DNA of 64,000 bases, taken from Pedobacter sp. (GTDB lineage Bacteria; Bacteroidota; Bacteroidia; Sphingobacteriales; Sphingobacteriaceae). Position 1 is the first letter of the stretch; every line of letters starts with the position of its first letter. The stretch is from NCBI RefSeq assembly GCF_031119335.1, contig NZ_JAVHXT010000011.1, positions 102,658-166,657 of the forward strand, read 5' to 3'. Below, in pieces: positions 17,927 through 27,272 of the stretch. The notes beneath the pieces are model-generated. The model had not been told where the DNA came from. It did not search any database and worked only from the letters and a program-made list of their open reading frames with translations. The position numbers were made by a program, and so were the translations under genes.

Positions 17927-20338
17927 ATGAAAAAACTACTACTCATCTGTTTCACTCTACTAACGGTAATCACTGCAAAGGCACAATTTCCAATGATGGG
18001 AGGTGGCAATGCCGCTCCAAAAGTGACTGGCCGTATATCTGCAACTATTATTGATTCGTTAACCAAGCAACCTGTAGAGTATGCTACAGTGTCTATAATC
18101 AATACTAAAACCAATAAAGCGGTAAATGGTGGTTTAACCGATACAAAGGGTAAAGTCGCAATTTCGGGTATTGCGCCCGGCGATTATAAAATGGTAGTTG
18201 GTTTTATCGGTTACACTACGAAAAATGTAATGGTTAAAACTACGCCAGAAAAGCCAGATAATAACTTAGGTAATATTGTGCTTGCAGGAAGTTCGAGTAC
18301 ATTGGCCGAAGTAACTATTGAAGGCAAGAAAAGCGTAATTGAGAACAAGATAGACCGTATGGTTTATAACGCAGAAGCTGATGCAACCAATGCAGGTGGC
18401 GATGCAACTGATTTGATGCGAAAAGTACCTATGCTATCAGTAGACATTAACGGTAATGTGCAATTACGTGGAAGCGCAGTTAGGGTTTTAATTAACGGAA
18501 AACCATCAGGTACGATGGCTAACAGCGTAGCTGATGCTTTAAAGATGATCCCTGCTGATCAAATTAAAAGTGTAGAGGTAATTACCAACCCATCTGCTAA
18601 ATATGATGCTGAAGGTTCTGGAGGTATTATCAACATTATTACTAAGAAAAGTAACGCAGAAGGTGTAAGTGGTTCGGTAAATGCAAACGTAGGTACTCGT
18701 CAAAATAACGGTAACTTTAATTTAACTGCAAAAACTGGTAGGCTAAGTTTAAATACCGCTTTGGGTACTATGTATGCCTATCCTCAAGAATCAAGAGTAA
18801 TCTTTTTAAATGAAACACCATCTAGTAGAGTATTGCAAGACGGTATGTCTGATTGGAGCCGTCAAATGTATAATGGCAGTTTCGGGTTAGACTATGATTT
18901 TAATGCTTACAACAATATTAGTACAAACGTTAAGTACAACAGATTTTATAACGGTGGGCCTGGCTTCTCTAATGTAACGGTAAATAATTTAACAGCAACA
19001 AATACTAGTAAAACCGATGCGAGTAACGGCAACTTAGATTGGAATGTAGATTATAGGAAAACAAGTAAGAAAGCAGGTGAGGAGTTCTCTATTGCTGGTC
19101 AATTAACATCGGGAAGAAATTCTAACGAGTTTAGCAACCAACTTTCTTATTCAGGAATGCCAGCTGGAATACCTGTTTTTAGTCAGAATATCGGAAGAAA
19201 TAAAGAGTATACTTTACAAACAGATTATGTTTATCCAGTAAGCAAAACCATAATCTTGGAAGCGGGAGCTAAAGGTATATTAAGAAATATTAAAAGTGAA
19301 TATGCACAGAACTCTGCTCAAGATTTCGATTATGACCAAAACGTGGGAGCAGCTTATAGTACCATTAGCTTTAACTTAACACCTAAAATTAAATTCAAAG
19401 GTGGTGCTAGGATAGAGTACACCGAAATTGATTTTCTAGATGCCAATGGGGTACACAATAAAAATGATTATTTCAATTTTTTCCCAAGTGCAATACTGTC
19501 TCAAACTGTAAACGGATCTACAACGATTAAATTAGCTTATAATAAAAGGATACAGCGCCCTAGCTTGGCTTACTTAAATCCGTTTAGAAATGAGGCAAAT
19601 CAGTTTAGTGTATTTCAAGGTAATCCAGACTTAGATCCAGAGCTAAGTCATAATATTGAGTTTGCGTATTCAACCTTTATTAAAGGTTCCATGATTAATG
19701 CCTCTATATTTTATCGTCGTACAAATGGTATTATTGAGAATTTTAACAGAGTGGATGATGTAGATCCTAACAAGATTATGACTACATTTAATAATGTGGG
19801 TGTTTCTGAGAGTTTTGGTTTAAACTTGTTCGGTTCTTATAACCCTATACCAAAATGGACATTGATGAGTAATATTGGAGTAAATACCTATCAAGTAGAT
19901 AATAAAGTATTAAATATTAATACTGATACTTATTTGAATTATAATTTGTTCTTACGTTCAGCAACTACATTGAAAAAGGGCTTTAGTTTTGAACTTTATG
20001 GTGTAGTAAATTCTCCAAGATATACTTTCCAAGGCAAAACAGGGGCAATGTTCTTCTATGGAGCTGCAGTGAAGAAAGAAATTATGAAAAAACAAGGTTC
20101 AATAGGATTGAATATGTTGAATCCTTTTAATAATGATTTACATATCCAAATGCGTAACCGAGCGACAGATAGTTTTCAAACTCAAGATATTTACTATCCA
20201 TTGCGTTTTGTTGCAGCAACTTTTAGCTACAAATTCGGTAAGTTGAAGTTTACAGAGAAAAAGAAAATTAAAAACGACGATGTGAAGCAAGACCAACAAC
20301 AAGGTGGTGGCATGGGAGGCATGGGTCAAGGTAAATAA
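17927..20338 (+). CDS. TonB-dependent receptor-like outer-membrane beta-barrel protein (CarboxypepD_reg + plug + barrel)
   Basis: Signal peptide MKKLLLICFTLLTVITAKAQ at 17927; carboxypeptidase-regulatory-like domain (GRISATIIDS..PVEYATVS); plug motifs (DLMRKVPMLSVD, VLINGKP, IEVITNPSAKYDAEG..GIINI); long beta-barrel. Confidence 0.85.
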   Translation: MKKLLLICFTLLTVITAKAQFPMMGGGNAAPKVTGRISATIIDSLTKQPVEYATVSIINTKTNKAVNGGLTDTKGKVAISGIAPGDYKMVVGFIGYTTKNVMVKTTPEKPDNNLGNIVLAGSSSTLAEVTIEGKKSVIENKIDRMVYNAEADATNAGGDATDLMRKVPMLSVDINGNVQLRGSAVRVLINGKPSGTMANSVADALKMIPADQIKSVEVITNPSAKYDAEGSGGIINIITKKSNAEGVSGSVNANVGTRQNNGNFNLTAKTGRLSLNTALGTMYAYPQESRVIFLNETPSSRVLQDGMSDWSRQMYNGSFGLDYDFNAYNNISTNVKYNRFYNGGPGFSNVTVNNLTATNTSKTDASNGNLDWNVDYRKTSKKAGEEFSIAGQLTSGRNSNEFSNQLSYSGMPAGIPVFSQNIGRNKEYTLQTDYVYPVSKTIILEAGAKGILRNIKSEYAQNSAQDFDYDQNVGAAYSTISFNLTPKIKFKGGARIEYTEIDFLDANGVHNKNDYFNFFPSAILSQTVNGSTTIKLAYNKRIQRPSLAYLNPFRNEANQFSVFQGNPDLDPELSHNIEFAYSTFIKGSMINASIFYRRTNGIIENFNRVDDVDPNKIMTTFNNVGVSESFGLNLFGSYNPIPKWTLMSNIGVNTYQVDNKVLNINTDTYLNYNLFLRSATTLKKGFSFELYGVVNSPRYTFQGKTGAMFFYGAAVKKEIMKKQGSIGLNMLNPFNNDLHIQMRNRATDSFQTQDIYYPLRFVAATFSYKFGKLKFTEKKKIKNDDVKQDQQQGGGMGGMGQGK

Positions 20339-20364
20339 ACAAAGAGATAAAAAGTATAAAATTA

Positions 20365-20399
20365 AAAGGGTCGATGCTTATAAAGTATCGACCCTTTTT
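20365..20399 (+). terminator. Rho-independent terminator after the receptor gene
   Basis: AAAGGGTCGAT / ATCGACCCTTT 11-bp stem followed by a T run. Confidence 0.75.
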
Positions 20400-20407
20400 C
20401 CTTTCTT

Positions 20408-20492
20408 CTCGTCATTGCGAGGCACGAAGCAATCTTGCAAAATTGCTAGGATAAACTTTAAGATTGCTTCGTCGTTCCTCCTCGCAATGACG
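20408..20492. repeat. Family A palindromic repeat (TCGTCATTGCGAGG[T/C]ACGAAGCAATCTT ... AAGATTGCTTCG..CCTCGCAATGACG)
   Basis: Long inverted arms with a variable centre. Further copies lie at 4649-4711, 46425-46506 and 59325-59430. Confidence 0.9.
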
Positions 20493-20513
20493 TGGTTCTT
20501 AAGTCTCCGCTTC

Positions 20514-21863
20514 TTAAGTCACAGACGGAAACGAAATACCTTTGATTTTTCCATACAGCTCAACAGCATACAAATCTGTCATTCCAGAAACGAAATCTAA
20601 CACGCTTTGTATACGCGAATATAGATCTTCTTTTTCGGTGTGAAATTGTTTTGGGATCAGTTGTACTAACTTTCTGTAGTAGTGTGTATCGTTATTTACC
20701 AATGCAGGTACAAATTCTTCGAGTAAACCAGCCATCACTTTGTAACCCGAAACCTCTTTAGCAATAACAGATTGGTAATTATAGATTTTTTCTACCGAGA
20801 TTTTCTCAATAGTTTTCCAAGCTTGCAAATAGTTTTCAGGCAATGCATCGGTTAAACTTTTATTAAAAGTACCGTTTAAAATTGCCTTTTGCTCATTGTA
20901 GAAAATACGAGAACATTCACCTATTAAAGTGCTGATGGCTTTTGCACGTAGCAATCCTACTTTTGCATCATCATCTTCCAGATCATTTTTTAAGCGCTCT
21001 TCCAATTTGTCGCTGTTGCATAATGGCAGTAAAAACTCTTTAACTTCGTTAAAGCTTAATATTTGCAAACGATGTGCATCTTCTAAATCTATAATTCCGT
21101 AACAAATATCATCAGCCGCTTCTACCAAATATGCCAATGGATGACGAAAATACCCCAATGGGTTTTCGGTATCCTTTAGCATGCCTAGCTCATCAGCAAT
21201 TTTTCTGAAAATCTCTTTCTCCGACTGGAAGAAGCCATATTTTTTGCGATGCAGTTTCGATTTTTCACCTCCGATAATCGATTCACAAGGATATTTTCCG
21301 ATAGCTGCTAAAGTGGAATAGGTTAGTGCATAAGCTCCATTTCCTTTTCCTTCAAAAGGATGAGTAAGGATGCGGATGGCGTTGGCGTTACCCTCAAATT
21401 TTGTAAAATCTTTTTTCTGTTCTTCAGCTAATTGATCCAGATAGAATTTTCCCTCGCCGTTGGTGAAATACCTTGAAATTGCTGCTTCGCCAGAGTGACC
21501 AAAAGCTGGGTTGCCCAAATCGTGCGCCAAGGCTGCAGCGGCTACAATGTTGCCCACTTCGCTCATTAAAGGCACTTCGCTATCAATATTTGGGTTGTCT
21601 TTTTTGGTCTGATTATAGAAAATCCTACCTAAAGATCTGCCCACGCTAGCCACTTCTAAACTGTGCGTTAAGCGGTTGTGTACAAACACGCTGCCCGGTA
21701 AGGGAAAAACCTGCGTTTTATTCTGCAACCTTCTAAAAGGCGACGAAAATATTAATCTGTCGTAGTCTATTTGAAATTGCGATCTAGCTTCGTCTGTATC
21801 TCTTGGCGACCTGTCTTCGTGTCCCCAGCGCTTTGCCGAAAGCAAATTTTTCCATTCCATCAT
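20514..21863 (-). CDS. dgt: dGTPase-like deoxynucleoside triphosphate triphosphohydrolase (HD domain)
   Basis: 449 aa. RLTHSLEVASVGR and AHDLGNPAFGH HD motifs, plus DDICY. Confidence 0.9.
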   Translation of the reverse strand: MMEWKNLLSAKRWGHEDRSPRDTDEARSQFQIDYDRLIFSSPFRRLQNKTQVFPLPGSVFVHNRLTHSLEVASVGRSLGRIFYNQTKKDNPNIDSEVPLMSEVGNIVAAAALAHDLGNPAFGHSGEAAISRYFTNGEGKFYLDQLAEEQKKDFTKFEGNANAIRILTHPFEGKGNGAYALTYSTLAAIGKYPCESIIGGEKSKLHRKKYGFFQSEKEIFRKIADELGMLKDTENPLGYFRHPLAYLVEAADDICYGIIDLEDAHRLQILSFNEVKEFLLPLCNSDKLEERLKNDLEDDDAKVGLLRAKAISTLIGECSRIFYNEQKAILNGTFNKSLTDALPENYLQAWKTIEKISVEKIYNYQSVIAKEVSGYKVMAGLLEEFVPALVNNDTHYYRKLVQLIPKQFHTEKEDLYSRIQSVLDFVSGMTDLYAVELYGKIKGISFPSVT

Positions 21864-21956
21864 ATTAAAAAGCGATATTCTTGAATTATGCGCAAATGTA
21901 CGTTTATCGGTCTAATAAAAAGTTAAATTATATTTATAAAAGAAGATCAATATTTC

Positions 21957-22234
21957 GGCTAAAGCCTTATTTTAAGCTCTAATAAAATCCGTTGGCTGAA
22001 GCCAACGGCAATGAATTTTAATTAGGCTGGTTTATTGCCGGAATCCATCTATAACACGGATGTTTGAGCAGGAAGCGGCTTTGGGAAAATTATTTAGAAG
22101 CGATTTCTTTTGACCTACCCAACGTATCATCAATTAAGCTTGCTAATCCCGAACAGCAATGAGTTTTAATTAGACTTGTTCATTGCCGTCGACTTTAGTC
22201 GACGGTTTTTGAGTTTAATTTGGTGGCTTTAGCC
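21957..22234. repeat. Composite MITE-like element with inverted family G ends (GGCTAAAGCC ... CCGT[TC]G[GA]CT.AAG[CT]C[AG]ACGGCAATGAA)
   Basis: Left arm 21957-22016 and right arm 22170-22234 are inverted copies. Each contains a perfect hairpin: 21989-22008 CCGTTGGCTGAAGCCAACGG and 22186-22205 CCGTCGACTTTAGTCGACGG. Confidence 0.7.
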
Positions 22235-22258
22235 AAAATTATAAATCCAACAGGGAAA

Positions 22259-22714
22259 TTATTTTGTGAGAAACTTATCACCAATTAAATTGAGTTTTAA
22301 ACCATGTTCTAAATAAGCTTTTAAACCATCGAGAACGGTAGTGAATCCGCCAGTCGAATCTTTAATCACTGCTATCAAATCATCTCCCGTTTCTTGGAAA
22401 CCATAATTCTTAATCACAACATAAGTACTATTCTCATCAACTGCTTCGAAATTAAAATCTATGATAGTTGTTGGCTCGCCCCACTCGACAATAATTTTTT
22501 GATTTGGAATGATTTCCTTTACCAAAACATCCGCCGATGCGCCATACATTTCCCATTGCCAATTTACGCTTTTGCCAACTTCTAGCTTTCCAGTTGATTT
22601 AGTGAACCAAAAATTTGTAGTAACTGCCGGATCTATGAAAGCACTAAACACTTCGCTAGCAGTTTTCCTGATCAGCATCTGAGTTTCAACGCAAGGTTCT
22701 TTTTTGTTTTCCAT
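22259..22714 (-). CDS. SRPBCC-superfamily (AHSA1/START-like) protein
   Basis: 151 aa with the layout typical of Activator-of-Hsp90-ATPase-homolog-like small-ligand-binding proteins (VFSAFIDP...W...). Confidence 0.75.
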   Translation of the reverse strand: MENKKEPCVETQMLIRKTASEVFSAFIDPAVTTNFWFTKSTGKLEVGKSVNWQWEMYGASADVLVKEIIPNQKIIVEWGEPTTIIDFNFEAVDENSTYVVIKNYGFQETGDDLIAVIKDSTGGFTTVLDGLKAYLEHGLKLNLIGDKFLTK

Positions 22715-22715
22715 A

Positions 22716-23696
22716 TTAATTGATGTGCTTTTTCACAAATTCGTTAATCGCTCTCTCTACGCTAGGTATATCTTTAGAGGTTATGTAAGAACCAATTACA
22801 TGGTTGCCAGTATTTGGTAGCGCATGTTGCTCCTTTTTTTCTGTCGGCGTACCTAATTCATCAAACATTTCTAGCATAGCTGATACCTTTACTACCGGAT
22901 CTTGTTCTTGCTCGTTTTTGTAGTAGTAAAGCATCAATGTGGGTTGTTTCACTTTTTCAAAGGTCTGTTTTGTCATTGCACTTTCCAATAGTTCTTGTAA
23001 TTGTACTACCGATTCTAAACGGTAATGATCGTACCAAAATTTCTTGTAGATTGGTGTCTTTCCATCTAACACACGTTCATCGCCACCACTTACTTTTCTG
23101 GCAATTTGCAAACCCCAGGGATTGTTCAATAGCCAAACTTTATCATCATTAATGGCAATATTTGGAGAAAGTAAAACTAAACTATGCACTTCGGGATAAG
23201 CTGCGGCTAACTGCAATGCTAAAGTTCCGCCAGTAGAAGTGCCTACTAATATTACTTTCTTGCCCAATTTTTTACCAATGGCGAAAGCTTCCTTCGCCGT
23301 TTCCCAGAGTTTGTCGGCTGTAAAATATTGCATTGGAGCAATGGTGTCAATGCCGTGGTCTGCCAAACGGGCTAAATAAAGGTTAGCATTAATAGATTTA
23401 GCGAAGTTGGTGTGTACCGGATTGCCTTCTTCTTTTGAGGCCGAAAATCCATGAAGATAAACAACAGCGTATTCCGTTTGCTGATGGTTAATATCTGCCC
23501 AAACAATTTCCGCTTCGTTTCCTGGTTTTATTTTGTACTTGCTTTCTTGAGAGTGAATGTAAGTTTCAAGTTTTTCGATAGTAGGAACCGTTGGCAAAGC
23601 AGCTTTGTATGTAGCCTTGGTTGTTCTGGGACCGGCAAAATAAACTATGGCTAAAACAACGATGGTGGCTGTAAGAAATTTTAGAATGGTCTTCAT
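22716..23696 (-). CDS. Secreted alpha/beta-hydrolase
   Basis: Signal peptide, HGF oxyanion motif and nucleophile elbow GTSTGG; 326 aa. Its stop lies 1 nt from the next gene's start. Confidence 0.8.
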   Translation of the reverse strand: MKTILKFLTATIVVLAIVYFAGPRTTKATYKAALPTVPTIEKLETYIHSQESKYKIKPGNEAEIVWADINHQQTEYAVVYLHGFSASKEEGNPVHTNFAKSINANLYLARLADHGIDTIAPMQYFTADKLWETAKEAFAIGKKLGKKVILVGTSTGGTLALQLAAAYPEVHSLVLLSPNIAINDDKVWLLNNPWGLQIARKVSGGDERVLDGKTPIYKKFWYDHYRLESVVQLQELLESAMTKQTFEKVKQPTLMLYYYKNEQEQDPVVKVSAMLEMFDELGTPTEKKEQHALPNTGNHVIGSYITSKDIPSVERAINEFVKKHIN

Positions 23697-23764
23697 GCGA
23701 ATAGTTTCATTAAAAATACGCTTTTAATAGAAATTCAGCTAAGTTTGCAAACACATTTTTGCCA

Positions 23765-24736
23765 ATGTCTCAAATAGATCGAATTAAACAACCTATTGCC
23801 GCAGAAATTGATGCCTTTGAAGTGAAATTTAAGGAATCGATGCAAAGTAGTGCGCCCTTGCTCAACAGAATTACCCATTATATTGTAAAGAGAAAAGGGA
23901 AGCAAATGCGACCTATGTTTGTGTTTTTTGCAGCCAAACTTTGCGGTGGTATAGTAGAATCTACGCACAGAGGTGCCGCTTTGGTAGAACTATTGCATAC
24001 GGCAACTTTGGTTCACGATGACGTGGTAGACAACGCTTACGAACGTCGTGGTTTCTTCTCTATCAATGCACTTTGGAAAAATAAAATTGCTGTTTTAGTG
24101 GGCGACTATCTGCTTTCTAAAGGTTTGCTACTTTCGGTAAACAACAACGAATTTCAGTTGTTGAAGATTGTATCTGAAGCGGTAAAGCAAATGAGTGAGG
24201 GCGAACTTTTACAGGTAGAAAAAGTGCGCAGGATGGATATCAGCGAGGAACTGTATTTTAATGTGATACGCCAGAAAACAGCTTCCTTAATTGCGTCCTG
24301 TTGTGCTTGTGGAGCGGCTTCAACCGGCGCTTCGGAAGAAGATATTGAGAAAATGCGTTTATTTGGTGAATTAGTTGGTATCGCTTTCCAAATTAAGGAT
24401 GATACTTTTGATTTTGGAACCGATGATGTCGGGAAACCATTAGGCATCGACATTAAGGAGAAGAAGGTGACCTTGCCTTTAATTTATGCTTTGAATAGGG
24501 TAGAAAAGGCAGAGCGTAAAAATATCATTAATTTGGTGAAAAATCATAACGACGATCCGAAGAAAATACAACAGATCATTGATTTTGTAAATGCGAACGA
24601 AGGTGTGCATTATGCCAATCAGAAAATGCTGGAGTATCAAAACAAAGCATTCGAAATTTTAGATTCATTTCCAGATGGAGATGCAAAAACAGGTTTACAA
24701 CAACTGGTAAAATATACAACAGAACGTAAAAAATAA
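23765..24736 (+). CDS. Polyprenyl diphosphate synthase (octaprenyl/IspB-like)
   Basis: First DDxxD (LVHDDVVDN) and second DDxxD (FQIKDDTFD) motifs. The start is placed at the ATG (MSQIDR); the track start at 23759 is a TTG. A TAAGTTTG -7 box lies at 23740-23747. Confidence 0.9.
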   Translation: MSQIDRIKQPIAAEIDAFEVKFKESMQSSAPLLNRITHYIVKRKGKQMRPMFVFFAAKLCGGIVESTHRGAALVELLHTATLVHDDVVDNAYERRGFFSINALWKNKIAVLVGDYLLSKGLLLSVNNNEFQLLKIVSEAVKQMSEGELLQVEKVRRMDISEELYFNVIRQKTASLIASCCACGAASTGASEEDIEKMRLFGELVGIAFQIKDDTFDFGTDDVGKPLGIDIKEKKVTLPLIYALNRVEKAERKNIINLVKNHNDDPKKIQQIIDFVNANEGVHYANQKMLEYQNKAFEILDSFPDGDAKTGLQQLVKYTTERKK

Positions 24737-25788
24737 TGTCGCACGAGTTATTATTCATTGGCGGATTTCTACTTTTCATCGTATTTATCCTTGCCCTAGA
24801 TCTGGGTCTTTTCAGCAAAAGAGAACATGTGGTAAGCTTAAAGCAAGCGGGTATCATGAGTTTCATTATGGTGATGCTGGCATTAGGTTTTTATTTACTG
24901 CTTGTCTTAAAAGGCGATTATCTGCATGGTATAGATAACATGGAGCGGTTGAAGGAAGTTATTGTAGCACATAAACACCCCATATCCATTATTCCTGGGA
25001 ATTTCGAAGCTAGTTTAGCTTTGTACAAACAAAATCTCGGTATAGAGTTTTTAACTGGTTACGTGGTTGAGTACGCTTTGTCGGTAGATAATATTTTTGT
25101 AATCGTGCTGATTTTCTCTGCTTTCGCTGTTCCAGAAAAGTACTATCACAGGGTTTTATTTTGGGGGATTTTAGGCGCAATCATCATGAGGTTTATCTTC
25201 ATTTTTGTTGGTGCGGCTTTAATTAACCAATTCGAGTGGATTTTGTATGTGTTTGGTGCTTTCCTAGTTTTCACTGGAGTAAAGATGTTTTTCTCGAAAG
25301 ATGAAGATGAAAAGATCGATCCTGAAAACCATCCGGTGGTTAAATTTGCATCGCGTTTTTTCAAGATTCATCCTCGATACGAGGGCAAAAAATTCTTCCA
25401 TAAAATTCATGGAAAAAAATATGTAACGCCACTGTTTTTGGTATTGCTTATTGTAGAATTTACCGATTTAATTTTCGCTGTAGACTCAATTCCAGCAATC
25501 TTTGCAGTAACTAAAGATGCTTACATTGTGTTCTTCTCTAATATTTTTGCCATCATGGGTTTACGTTCTATGTTCTTCCTTTTGGTGAACATCATCCATA
25601 AATTCCATTACCTAAAAACTGGTTTGGCGGTACTGCTTACTTTCATTGGAGTGAAAATGTTAGGTCACGGTTACTTGAAAGCTTGGGGTTTTACCACAGA
25701 ACATTCGTTGATCATCATCGTTGGTATATTGGCTTTGAGTATCATTGCTTCGTTGGCGTTTCCGAAGAAGAAGGCTGTGGAGAAATAA
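24736..25788 (+). CDS. TerC/Alx-family integral membrane protein
   Basis: 350 aa with the EYALSVDNIFV and FAVDSIPA TerC motifs. Its start overlaps the preceding stop (TAATG). Confidence 0.9.
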   Translation: MSHELLFIGGFLLFIVFILALDLGLFSKREHVVSLKQAGIMSFIMVMLALGFYLLLVLKGDYLHGIDNMERLKEVIVAHKHPISIIPGNFEASLALYKQNLGIEFLTGYVVEYALSVDNIFVIVLIFSAFAVPEKYYHRVLFWGILGAIIMRFIFIFVGAALINQFEWILYVFGAFLVFTGVKMFFSKDEDEKIDPENHPVVKFASRFFKIHPRYEGKKFFHKIHGKKYVTPLFLVLLIVEFTDLIFAVDSIPAIFAVTKDAYIVFFSNIFAIMGLRSMFFLLVNIIHKFHYLKTGLAVLLTFIGVKMLGHGYLKAWGFTTEHSLIIIVGILALSIIASLAFPKKKAVEK

Positions 25789-25802
25789 TCGTCCAAATTT
25801 AT

Positions 25803-25810
25803 TATATTTG
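25803..25810 (+). promoter_or_regulatory. Candidate -7 box (TATATTTG) 3 nt upstream of the antitoxin ATG
   Basis: TAnnTTTG consensus. The geometry implies a leaderless or near-leaderless transcript. Confidence 0.4.
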
Positions 25811-25813
25811 AGA

Positions 25814-26047
25814 ATGGAAACTCTGGTCATACATCCGGAAGATGCGGAACAATTGGAAACAATTAAAACAATCTTAAAAGCTTTAAAAGTAAAGGTTGAA
25901 GTATTTTCTGGTACAAATATGGTAAATGAAGAGTTGCCTCAATATGTAACCAATTTAATGAATAAGGCTTTGAAAGAGGCTGACCAAAACCAAGCTACTC
26001 AGCACGAAGATTTTATGGCTGAGGTGAAAAATAGATTGAAAAAATAA
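25814..26047 (+). CDS. Small antitoxin-like protein (LKALxVK-motif family), partner of the downstream RelE/ParE toxin
   Basis: 77 aa from METLVIHPED. The N-terminal ...IKTILKALKVKVE motif is shared with the 29769 antitoxin. A 3-nt gap separates it from the toxin gene. Confidence 0.6.
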   Translation: METLVIHPEDAEQLETIKTILKALKVKVEVFSGTNMVNEELPQYVTNLMNKALKEADQNQATQHEDFMAEVKNRLKK

Positions 26048-26050
26048 ACT

Positions 26051-26332
26051 ATGGATATTCTTTGGACTCCAACGGCTAAAGAAACCTATATGTACGTTTT
26101 GGATTATTTAGAGCAGGTTTGGGGTGATAAGTATGTATCTAATTTTATTGTCAACACCGAGAGAACTCTGAAGTTAATATCTAAATATCCAGCTATTTAT
26201 GAGCTTATTCCAAATCTGGCTGATGTAAGAAAGGCTGTACTACATAAAAATTGTTCGTTTTTATATCGAGTGAAAAATGAAACAATTGAGTTGTTAGTTT
26301 TTTGGGATACTAGACAAGAGCCGTTTCAGTAA
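26051..26332 (+). CDS. Type II toxin, RelE/ParE family
   Basis: 93 aa. ILWTPTA...YL...W.......F......LKLISKYP...........RKAVL.KN.SFLYRV.NETIELLVFWDTRQEP matches the Bacteroidota ParE/RelE pattern. Confidence 0.8.
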   Translation: MDILWTPTAKETYMYVLDYLEQVWGDKYVSNFIVNTERTLKLISKYPAIYELIPNLADVRKAVLHKNCSFLYRVKNETIELLVFWDTRQEPFQ

Positions 26333-26473
26333 ATTCCCGTTACTCATTTATTCTCTTTTTTCCTTGCTTATAGGATATTTTCCTTAGTTCATTCTTTTTC
26401 TCTTTTTAAGGAACAGTTTGTCCAATAGTTTTGAGCTATTCAAACAGTATTAACCTTTTAAAAAAATAATAAA

Positions 26474-27220
26474 ATGAACAAGGAACTAGTATTTTTAAGA
26501 AGCTTTGGAATAGCTACCGCATTTGGTGTAATCATGTTAGCATCGTCAGCATTTAAGAAAGCTGGCAATCAGCGGTTTGCCGAAATAGATGTAGAAAGAA
26601 TCAACATCATAGAAAAAGATGGTACGGTTAAAATGGTAATCACTAACGTTGATCGTTTTCCTAACGGAAAGGATACGATAAACAATAGACCTACCAATGT
26701 GAAGCGTAAAAAACGTTCTGGTATGTTGTTTTTCAACGAGGAAGGAATAGAATGTGGTGGCTTTATTTACGACGGTCAAAAGAAAGCAGATGGTCATAGT
26801 GCAGGTATGTCGCTTACTTACGATCAATATGATGGCGACCAAGTGATGCAGTTGTTGATGCAAGATTATAAAGAAGGTGGGCAGCGCAGGGTAGCCAGCA
26901 GCTTGGTTTTTAATGATAGGCCTGCAAATGAAACACAATTTTCCCAAGACAAAATTTGGAATGAGCTAACACCACTTCGAAAAACAGATCCAGCCGCCTT
27001 TAAGAAGAAATATGAGGAATATGCGGCAAAAGGCTTAGTAGGAGGTGCACCTCGTGTAATGCTTGGTCAAACTAGGGGTCGCAACAATGGGTTGTTCCTA
27101 AATGACGATAAGGGAAGACCAAAAGCCATGTTCTATGTGGATGAAAACAATGAAGCCAAACTCGAATTTTTTGATGATAAAGGAAATGTAATAGCTGCTT
27201 TCCCTAAAGAAACTAAATAG
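26474..27220 (+). CDS. Hypothetical exported/anchored protein
   Basis: 248 aa with an N-terminal hydrophobic anchor and no recognised family. It is followed by a terminator. Confidence 0.6.
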   Translation: MNKELVFLRSFGIATAFGVIMLASSAFKKAGNQRFAEIDVERINIIEKDGTVKMVITNVDRFPNGKDTINNRPTNVKRKKRSGMLFFNEEGIECGGFIYDGQKKADGHSAGMSLTYDQYDGDQVMQLLMQDYKEGGQRRVASSLVFNDRPANETQFSQDKIWNELTPLRKTDPAAFKKKYEEYAAKGLVGGAPRVMLGQTRGRNNGLFLNDDKGRPKAMFYVDENNEAKLEFFDDKGNVIAAFPKETK

Positions 27221-27230
27221 TATTAAAATG

Positions 27231-27260
27231 AAGTAGCCTGATTTAAAAGGCTACTTTTTA
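27231..27260 (+). terminator. Rho-independent terminator
   Basis: AAGTAGCC / GGCTACTT stem followed by a T run. Confidence 0.65.
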
Positions 27261-27272
27261 TATTTTTATGCA

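Noticed and set aside
20304-20600. 98-aa plus-strand ORF
   Set aside because: It is made almost entirely of the terminator and the family A palindrome (it encodes SLRGTKQS / FLLAMT-type repeat peptides), and it runs antisense into the dgt 3' end.
20514-21863. The dGTPase as an anti-phage nucleotide-depletion defence gene
   Set aside because: The gene is a standard-length Dgt-like HD hydrolase in a housekeeping neighbourhood, with no other defence genes, mobility genes or compositional anomaly. A housekeeping dNTP triphosphohydrolase is the conservative call.
25745-25813. The longer 100-aa version of the first antitoxin ORF overlapping the terC 3' end
   Set aside because: The upstream part (MLRWRFRRRRLWRNNRPN) is an Arg-rich out-of-frame read of the TerC C-terminus. 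A TATATTTG -7 box and a homologous antitoxin start (METLV / MTTLS) support the ATG at 25814.
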